The notes below the pieces were generated by a model. The model had not been told where the DNA came from. It worked only from the letters and a program-made list of their open reading frames with translations, and made no database searches. Source: Klebsormidium nitens (Eukaryota > Plantae > Klebsormidiophyceae). From it: a stretch of 64,000 bases of DNA. The stretch lies in contig DF237220.1 in the NCBI GenBank assembly GCA_000708835.1, positions 52,507-116,506 on the forward strand. Reading direction: 5' to 3'. Position numbers and translations under genes: made by a program. How positions within the stretch are numbered: position 1 is the stretch's first letter; each line of letters opens with the position of its first letter. Positions 55,138-64,000 of this stretch are shown in pieces.

Positions 55138-58100
55138 CTAATCCAACCTGCGCGTCAAGGGTGATGTAGGAGACACGAGACAGTCCACCTTGGCCGTCGC
55201 TAAATGACCTTCTATGGCTGCCCTGACGTCGTTCGGGCGGACCGGTTTCGACAGGAAGCTGTCCATCCCCGCTCTCAAACACTTTTGCGCGTCGTCCTCC
55301 AGGGCGGACGCAGTGAGGGCAATGATGAGGTGCCGCCGGCCGTGCGTCAGCTCGTCAATCCGTATCTGACGAGTGGCCTCATACCCGTCCTGCGAAGAGG
55401 AAGAACCGGCTTCAAAGGCAGCGCAACATGAGACTGGCATAAACAAGACCTGAGAACGGACTCCGATTCGTTACAGTTGTCTTGCCAAACCCTCGTGGCA
55501 TAGGTATGTGCCAGACAGAGCTTCCATAAGAAGGGGCGCTTGCCTTTCCTTCAAATCTCGATTCAGGACCTGTGTTTCGACGCCACGCTGACAAGCTTGT
55601 CAACCTGAATCTAATAAACGTCGTCCCTCGTAAGAGACAACCAAGCCCCGTGCATCCGATCCTGGCTGGTTCGTGCGCTCTCACCAATTCCGGCATGTGG
55701 CAGTCCATGAGGACCACGTCGAAGCGGCCCTCGCGGCACGCCGCCACCGCCTTTCGCCCGTTGTCCACCACCACGAACTCGCAGCCCAGGCTCCGCAGAA
55801 TGCGGCTGGCCACCATCTGGTTCACCGTGTTGTCCTGCAAGGCCAGCAGTCCACGTCAGCATGGCAAGCGGCACGTGGCACTTCTTGGCATTCACAATCC
55901 TCACAGACGAACGCACTTAGCAGCAAGCGCACCGGCCACAAGCCGACGGAACTCCTCGCACAGCCCTCAGCTGACGACAAATCAACCATACGCCTCTGCT
56001 CAAAGGGTTGTTCTCGAGAAAAGCGCAAGACTCGGGCCCTCGAAAGTCAGGATTGGGCAGCGTTCCAAGTGAGATTGAACAGAAAAGCAGCCAAGAACAC
56101 AGGGCATTCATCTTCGCTGACAAAACGATGGGGCCTCGTCTCGATTCCTCTTGGTGGGCGTGTTGTTGCAGTGTGCTCACCTCTGCTACCAGGACGTGCA
56201 GGCTGCGCAGTGTGTCCTTGGTCAGGATGCGCAGCGGGGACAGGCTGCCGGCCACAGTAGACGGGTCGGCAAGCAGCGGGGCGCTCCCGCTGGATGCGCT
56301 GGCGGCCTCTGCGGATGGGGCCTGGCACACCGAAAAAAAAACTCAGGTCAGACAGAATCGGCAAGAATCGGTGGCTCGCGTTTCTCGCTTCGAAACGGTC
56401 AGCTTAGCCATGAGTATGGAGCGTGAGTCAAGCGAGGGAAGGGAGAGAAAAGCCAGTCAACAGGACGACAGAGCACCCGGACACTGAGACACACGGCTTC
56501 CAGAATGTCCCATAGCCGGTGCTAATCACTTAGAGAAACGTCTACTAAAATCGACCGATGCCGCCTGCTGGTCGAAAACTCTTTTCCTTCTCAGGGTAAC
56601 CTTTTGGACGCAACACTTGCCTCGAGCAACCAGAGGAGCTACTCCGCCGGAGCATTTTACCTGAGCAGACAGTCATACCGCGCATCAGGTGATACTCTGC
56701 AAGTAGTAGCACGTTCCCCTCACCTGCGCCTCAGGCCCCCCGCGGGGGGCGGGCAGCCCCAGTCGGATGGTGAAGAAGAAGGACGTGCCCTGGTCGACCG
56801 CACTGCGCCACCAGATCCGCCCTCCCATCGCGTGCACCAGGCTCTGGCTGATGCACAGCCCCAGGCCGGTGCCCCCTGCAAAGAACGGGTCGGCAAGCCT
56901 TAGCAGGGCTTACTACGACGACGAGACAGACAGGATGCACGGCAGAAACGCCACCCGATGCGCAGGAGCAAACACGGGGCTTGACGACTACGTCGCAGAC
57001 TGCCATAAACCGCTCCTTGCCTTGAGGCACCGCTACGTTGTCGGATGCTGAAAACAGAACTTAAATTGTCGTTGCGTCCCGTTCTCTGTCCCCCAGCAAT
57101 CGACCAGCCATGATGCAACACAACAATTGACGCGCCCCGAAAACCCGCTGTTTGTCAGAGAACGCTCGACAGAGCAGCCATATCCGCTGCTCACCGTAGC
57201 GCCGCGAGGTGCTGCTGTCGGCCTGCATGAACGCCTTAAAGATGCGCTCCTGCGCCTCCTCCGGGATGCCCACCCCCGTGTCCCGCACCTCGAACTGCAG
57301 CGCCACGCCCGCCTCCTCCGGACCGGCCTCACCCAGCGGCCTGCTCGTCCCCACTCCATTCGCAACCCCTCCACTTCGCCGCGCTGCATCCGACTTCTGC
57401 CTCTCCAGTTTCAGGCCCCTCGAGCCTCCTTCAGCTTGGTTTGAGCTCTCAACCCCGGCTGCCCCTTCCCCGACCAGCCGCACGGCGACCTGGATCCCGC
57501 CGCTGTCCGTGAACTTGAGCGCGTTGCTGAGCAGGTTGAGCAGGATCTGGCGCAGCCGCATGGGGTCCCCCACCACTTCGTTCGGCACGTCGTCGCTGAC
57601 GTGGACGCCCAGCGCGAGGCCCTTGTCGCGCGCGCCGCGGTCCAGCAGCGCCAGCGTCTGGTGCACCTCCCCGCGCAGGCCGAACGGCAGCGTCTCCAGC
57701 TGCAGGTTGCGCCCCTCGATCTTGGCCAGGTCCAGGATGTCGTTGATCAGCTTGAGCAAGTGGTCCCCCGACCCCCGGATTGTCTCCACGAACCCGCGCT
57801 GCTCCGCGCTCAGCGGTGTGTCCAGTAGTAGCTCCGCGACACCGATCACGCCGTTCATGGGCGTCCGGATCTCGTGGCTGCAGTTGGACAGGAACTGGCT
57901 CTTGGCCGCGTACGCCGCCTCAGCCTCCTCCTTGGCCGCGCGCAGCGCCGCCTCGGCCGCCTTGCGCTCCCTGAGGTCGTGCCAGATGGCAATGAACACC
58001 TGGCGCCCCTCCAGGCTCAGCGCCTTGATGGACACCTCCGTCGGCAGCGGAACGCCGTCGGCGCGAATGTGGTCCCACTCGAAGCGCTCCACCTTGCCCG

Positions 58101-60465
58101 TCTCCTTGGTGGCCTTGAGCCGCGCCGCAGCCTTGTCCGCGGAGCGCTGCCCGTCGGACTGGAACTCGGGGCTGAACTCCAGGATGTAGCGCCCAACGAC
58201 GTCCGTCTTGCTCTCGTACCCCAGATACTCGACTGCCGCCGCGTTGCACTCCAGGAACCAGGAGTCGGAGAAGACGAGGTAGGGGTCGGTCGCAATGTTG
58301 AAGATGGTCTCGAACTTTTCGGTCGCGGAGTGGCGCTCTGTGATGTCGTGGATCACCCAGACCTCACCCTGGGGGTGGGTGCCGCCACCACACTCGAACA
58401 GCCGCTTGCTGCCGTCCTTCCGATACAGCTCGGTCAGTCGGACTGGGGGAGTGGTGATGGAGCTGTCCTGAAAAAGGGGGAAAAGCTTACGGTTCAGAAC
58501 CGAAGCAACGACAAAGCCAGAATAAAGTGTCCAAACGAAATGCTCCCTGGTGCTTTGCATGCAATGGGCACCTACTTGACTTAGCTCCTCAACAAAAGTA
58601 GACGCTTCCCGTCAGTCCCCCTGTCCAGAAAATGTCAGCATTCACCATTTCCAGATACTTGTGAATCAAGCAGTGTCTTGCCGGCGCCTCACCCTGAGCA
58701 GGCGCATGCGCTCCTGGTACGCCGCCAGCTGGCTGCCGTCGTGATCCTGGTGCAGCAGGCGGAACCAGGCGAACAGCGTGGGCACCTCCTCCTGGGAATA
58801 GCCCACCAGGCGCTCCATGGCCGAGTTGATGAACACGCGCGGGTCAGCAGCATCCCCCGAGCGGTCGACTTGGATGGCGCTCACGTTGATGTTGTCCACC
58901 ATGAGCTGCAGCCGCTGCTTCTCCAGCGCCTCCTCCTCCGCGATCTGTGCCTGCAGCAGCAGCTCCTTCAGCTCCGTGATGTCGGTCGCAAACCCAAACA
59001 CGCCCTGCCAAGGAGAGAAGAAGAGTTAGCACGACCACGAATAACACCAGTGTTTGCGCCTTGGGTCCCTACACTAGGCAGGTAGAGCACAGTTAAAGCG
59101 GTGGCCAGTCACTCAGCTTTTTAAACTGCTATCCTGTGGAAGTTCGATTGAACGGTTGAGTGAAACTGCCGGCAACTTGTTGAAGCAAGGTGCTGGCAAA
59201 TGGATGCAGTGCAGCTCTTCTCACTCTACTTTGGGGTTTGAAAAGCAGTTTTCAGATGTAAAAACCGGGATATACTGGCATAAAACCCCCAACATAAAAG
59301 CACAGTCAAGGAGTACAGGCGCATAAACCAATTGTACTACCAGGGTTGTGTCACCCATCCTGGGAGCCGCCCGCGTTGAGGCTACGTGAGGGGTGTCTGC
59401 CCCGTGCTTAGTCCCGTTTGGGTCTGCACCCCTGGCGTGCTCACCTGCTGGCCGTCCACTGTGGTGTATGGCTTCTTGACGTGGCGGAACCAGCGGCCGC
59501 CCTGGCTGTTGGTCGGCTGAAGGAAGAGGTCGGGAACATCAAGCGGCTGGCCCGTCTCCAGCACAACGTGGTCGTCGCGCTTCAGCGTCTCCACCAGCTC
59601 TGCGTCCTGCGTCCCCCCAACGACCTCAGCGAAGCTGCGCCCCAGCAGCGCCTCGCGCGGTTGGCCCAGCTGCTCGCACATGGCACGGTTCACCATCGTG
59701 TAGCAGCCCTGCACAAAAGGGGAAATGCATGAGACAAAGACAAGGGCGAGGAGCCGAGTCCCAACTAGTAGAGTCCGACGGTCATAAGGGGTCAACAGAG
59801 CTCTTCTCATCAGTGCTTTGACTCGGACTTAAACTTTGAGTCTCTCTGTCATTCCTCATTCCTCAGCATGTGTACTGTCTCAAATACTTGTAATGCCAAA
59901 ACCCATCGATTTTTCGCACCTGTGTAGCTAGGAGGGCCCCGACTTTTCTGGGGCCCAGCAAGGAACCATGAGCAGCCTCCTTAGGACCCATTCTTGGCCG
60001 CACAGCTGCAGTGGGCACACTTTCTATGTTGTTGCTCACCTGCGCGTCCTTTGTGCAGGCTACCCCTGGCAGCAGGTCCATCATGTACGTGTAATGCTCC
60101 TGCAACGCCAGCACCTGGGCCTCCAGCTGCGCTACCCGGTCGGGCTCTGCTCTGTCGGGCACAGGCGAGAAGTGCACAAGCACGAGACAGCGCTCCAGCT
60201 TCAGCCCTGCCACTCCGTTACATGCACCCACAGCACCCCTGGCAGGTGCCACTCGACAGAGCTCCATTTCTACCATGACTTGCAGCTGCGCTGCAGCTTC
60301 AGCCAAGGACGGTGCAGTAGGCGCGCCTCCTCTGCTGTCGTCTCCTCGCAAGGGCTCTGTGTGCGTTCCGGTCGAGTCAGTCAGGCTGCAGTTCCCCATG
60401 CTGGCATCCAGCTCCTCCTGGCCCACGTAGCCGTTCCTTGCGCGGGTCCCATTGAGGTTACCCAT
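55138..60465 (-). CDS. Soluble hybrid histidine kinase: 3 PAS/PAC domains, HisKA, HATPase_c and receiver, ~989 aa
   Basis: In-phase exons: 60465-60040, 59708-59445, 59004-58693, 58467-57195, 56875-56724, 56321-56181, 55834-55685, 55389-55138. H-box SHEIRTPMNG, N-box LLNLLSNALKFT, G1 DTGVGI, G2 GGTGLGL. Receiver: LVAEDN, MDCHMPELDG, FLSKP. PAC termini DITE, DITE and DLRE. No TM segment was seen. Confidence 0.92.
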
Positions 60466-61644
60466 TTTGGCGCAACTGAAACCCCCAGCCCGAAGCGTTG
60501 ACCAGAAGCGCACCACGCGCTGTTTGCCTGAACGCAGCTGCGCAACCAGGTCTGCATACTGCGTGGTAGAGAGAGACGGCAGCAGGCCGGCTGCCAGAGC
60601 GATCTGCAGAGAAGGAACACTTGAGCCGCTGTTGCCTCCCTTGACTCTTGCGTGTCTAATGTCTCATGGGCTTCAGCCAAGTCCTATTATTGAAACTGCC
60701 AGACTTTCATGTCCTCAAGTTTTGGAAGCTATCAAAAGTACCCAAAGGGACCAGGCAATGAATCATGTCCTGACCATCTACAAGCCCGTCTGTCACGGTC
60801 GAGACCAGCAGACAACAACCAAGCCAAATAGGCAACAATGTGCTTCACAGGCTTAGAGAATGCACTTCTCACAATGGCGAGATGTACAAGCTCTCTTCAC
60901 TAGATCACCAAAGCAACACAAAGAACAGTTTCAAGCATCAAAAAGCATCACGAAACGACTTCAGAGCTGACCACAAGTATTTAGCATACCAGAACTCCTC
61001 CTTCAGGAATTCATACTCAGCCCTGCGAGACACTCACCTCCGGCAGCTCTTGTGCTCCATTGCAATGCAGGGCATCCCTCAGGCCTGCACTGGCCACCCG
61101 GCACCTGCCCGAAGAGGCATCCACCAGGCATTGCAATGTTTGTGACTGCCCAACAAAATGCTCCATGCCCCTCAGCACAAGGACCCAGCTACTAGTAGAA
61201 GCTGCGGCTTATTTGTTTCTCCTAAGAAAAGCTAGTCAATGACTTGAAGTTCCTGAGTGTGAGGCAAATCTGAACAGATCATTGCATCATGTGCGGGACC
61301 CAACAAGCAGCTTCACTTTTGAAAAGGTTCAACCTAGACGACCACCACCATCTTCACCAACTTCCTAAAGAAAGTCCTTAGTCAGCTCGCCTTGCACGTC
61401 CATCGTGAAGCACACTGCTATGCACTTGTTTAGAAAGGACGCTAGAAAGAGCCAGCCACCCATGTAGCAAAACCTTGCCCACACAGTCTGCCCTTCCTAA
61501 ACCCCAAAACGGCTCCCTCTTCTGCTGGGTTTGCCTCTACACATCTCAGTCATCTGTACATCTTACCGAGCTGCAGAAACGAAAACGCAGCCAAGACACT
61601 ACGTTCAAGGAATGTGGTCCTGCCACCCGGCTGCAAACCTCCTA

Positions 61645-61970
61645 CCCGTACGACCAAGGTATGATTCCGAATAAATAAATAATTATTTGCATTCGGAAAG
61701 TTGGAAACTCCGGATAAGGAGTCGGATTCTGCTTTTTCGGAAACCGAAATTAATTGCTAAAATGCATTCGGAAAGTGATTTCTAAGCCGTCTGAGCATTC
61801 GGTACGTACCTTTTGCCACTGTTCACCTCTAACAATAGGGTACCGGGGTACCCTCTCAGCGATTCGGATTTAGGGTCGGAAAGTGGAAAATAATACATGA
61901 TTTGGCCTCGCATTCGCTAAAATAATTGCTCTTTTTGAGCATTCGGAATCATCATACCTTGGTCGTACGG
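61645..61970. mobile_element. MITE, Tc1/mariner-type (TA TSD), ~326 bp
   Basis: TA|C-CCGTACGACCAAGGTATGAT...ATCATACCTTGGTCGTACGG|TA, a 20-bp perfect TIR. Many internal GCATTCGG/TCGGAAAGT subterminal repeats. Confidence 0.85.
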
Positions 61971-62978
61971 TATTATGGTCGTTTCTCTGCGTTATTCCCC
62001 AAATCTTGGACCTAGAAAGTCCTAGCATGTTCTTGTCGAGTTATCAATATCAGATTCATAACTGGGTAGTCGAGAGGGGTCAATGTTCGGGCAGATTTCT
62101 GCTGCCACTGGTTAAATTGTGTGTGGTCCTGCAGCTCCTGTGACCACCCTGGCACCGTTACCGCTAATAGACTGGGGCCGCCGGGATTTGCGCCAACTTG
62201 AACTTTTGAGTATGGAATGCCGCCGCAGTTTGTGACCTTAACTGGCTTGGATTGCATGCAAGTTAGCAGCTTTTGGTTGACAAAAACCCACCAATATTCT
62301 TGAGTTTTACCCCAAAATCCGACGAAAAGTGCCGGGGGCGGTGAGATCTAGGATCCTAACACCCTAGTGGGACGCGACGATCCTGGGCAGCTGGGCCACG
62401 AGCAAATCCCCGGTGGCAATCGGATCCGATATCAATTTGCAGAAGGTAGGTACTCGATCTTCCCGTGCGCAGCGTTTGACAGGACCTGATCCGGCAGTAT
62501 TAAGGGGTACCCGACTTCAGTAGGGTACCTATGCCGGGTGATTCCGTCGTCCTTTCGCCCTATGCACGCCCCTCATTTGACTCGTCCGGTTGCCAGTTAT
62601 GTACGTTGTCTTTCCGCCGACGGCCCTCGGTTGAGTTGGCCAGGTGGCATCCCGTACGCTGACGGTCCTGTTGGGCGCGTGACGGCCCACGCCGCCACGG
62701 GTCATGTGTCGACTGCCTGGCAAACCCAAGCACTGATCATTACCGGTGGACGGGCCGGAGCAGCGACAACCGGTGGGTGCCAGTGACGCTGGCACTGGGC
62801 AGGGCCGTGCGGGGCCGCTTCGCACTGACTCTGAGATGGTCACGGTCGGGTGGGCTGGCACTGCGGCCGCAATGTCCCACACTGACATCGATAGGAATCT
62901 AGGAAACCGGTGATGACAACATCGTACGGATATACATACGACACCGTATTGATATCTGGGCCCTTCACATTGAGTCAA

Positions 62979-63212
62979 CCGTAGTGGCACGGGAATTCTC
63001 ACCTAAGATAATTTTGACGGACTTGGTTGCGAAAAGATCCGAAAACTTTCATGCAGCCCAAAAGCACCCCGTATTATAATAGTATATAGCTAGCTAGGGT
63101 TGTCAAGTATTAAATGTGAGCCTCAACCCGGGTTTGCGAACCGACAAACAATATTTACGTAATAATATACAATAAATATAATTCGCTGGTGCGAATTCCC
63201 CGTGCCACTACG
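62979..63212. mobile_element. MITE, related CCGTAG-ended family, slightly degenerate, ~234 bp
   Basis: Left CCGTAGTGGCACGGGAATTCTCACC versus right GGTGCGAATTCCCCGTGCCACTACG|TA. AT-rich core. Confidence 0.7.
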
Positions 63213-63242
63213 TACGGTAGCATTCACGAAACGGGAGAGTAC

Positions 63243-63284
63243 CAATCCAGGCCCGCACAATCCAGGCCCGACAATCCAGGCCCG
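63243..63284 (+). repeat. 3 x 13-bp direct repeat CAATCCAGGCCCG
   Basis: Exact copies at 63243, 63258 and 63272. Confidence 0.9.
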
Positions 63285-63425
63285 TCGATTTGACGGACGA
63301 TTTTGACCGTAGCTTTGGAACTTAAATAGATTCCCTGTGTCTCGTTTTCCGTCCGCGGCACCCCCGCGATTAAGAACCGAGCTCTGCATTGACGTAATGA
63401 ACCTCAACCTAGTAAGGTTAATGTA

Positions 63426-63705
63426 CCGTAGCGACATTGCCATTCGCACTAAATGAATTGATTTTAGGTCGTTGCGAAAAATTTGAAACTATGATTCGCA
63501 CTTGGTGCGAAAATGCGAAACTTCAGAGTCAAAATAAATTCGAATCAACCCTGTAAACACGCAAAAACAGGCCTAAAACAGTACAAATTCGGATCTTGCG
63601 AAAAACTAAAAACTATCTTTATTATTTAATGAGCTGGTGCGAAATCCAAAAAAGTTCGAAAATAAATATTCGCACCAAGGTGGTGCGAATGCAATGTCGC
63701 TACGG
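63426..63705. mobile_element. MITE, Tc1/mariner-type (TA TSD), 280 bp
   Basis: TA|CCGTAGCGACATTGCCATTCGCAC...GTGCGAATGCAATGTCGCTACGG|TA, a ~24-bp TIR with one indel. Internal TGCGAA/TTCGCA repeats. Confidence 0.88.
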
Positions 63706-63722
63706 TAAGCAGATTCGCAGAC

Positions 63723-63800
63723 AACTGTAACTGTATTACTGATTAACTGTAACTGTAAGTGTAATTGTAACTGTAACTGTTAAACTGTGACTTTTGATTG
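63723..63800 (+). repeat. Degenerate (TAACTG)n microsatellite
   Basis: AACTGTAACTGTATTACTGATTAACTGTAACTGTAAGTGTAATTGTAACTGTAACTGTTAAACTGTGACT. Confidence 0.8.
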
Positions 63801-64000
63801 AACTTGATCTCTGTAACTCTGTGTGTGGCCCCGGCCGTTTTAACCATGGCTGTACACTCTACTAGAGTTGCTACTTACCGTATCCAGAGTCATGTCGGAG
63901 TTTTGAGTGTGACAGTACCGGTATTACAGTAATCAGAACTGTATTAGTGTGACTGTATGCCGTGCGGTATCGTCTCCTCTGCCGGCTGGCATCGGGATTG

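Noticed and set aside
57209-58584. Long plus-strand ORFs (326 aa, 236 aa) opposite the histidine kinase
   Set aside because: Antisense open frames expected from high GC3 codon usage.

Overview
Eukaryotic, intron-rich nuclear DNA with GC-rich exons. Gene content (CSLC, PPR, MFP1-like, DUF3531, JMJ13-type demethylase, soluble PAS histidine kinase) and TTTTAGGG repeats point to a streptophyte green alga such as Klebsormidium; this is an inference. Ten spliced genes were rebuilt by hand from splice signals and frame continuity: a 5'-truncated WW/FNBP4-like gene (+), a PI-PLC-like gene (+), a P-class PPR gene (-), RPC9 (+), MOCS3/CNX5 (-), a JMJ13/JMJ706-like demethylase (+), a CSLC glucan synthase (-), an MFP1-like thylakoid coiled-coil gene (+, spans a 600-N gap), a DUF3531 gene (+) and a triple-PAS hybrid histidine kinase (-). 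The most notable observation is the PLC homologue: it has a full domain architecture but lacks both catalytic histidines, and has gained an MGNCAC acylation-type N-terminus and a ~158-aa basic tail, so it is a candidate pseudo-phospholipase. Other highlights are an unexplained frame break before an EAR-motif tail in the JMJ gene, a KNOX/BELL-type motif cluster in a GC-AG intron of CSLC, a 60-bp coding tandem array at the gap, a set of TA-flanked MITEs, and an intron carrying telomere-like repeats. No rRNA, tRNA or CRISPR array was seen. Family calls are from recalled motifs; no database was searched.
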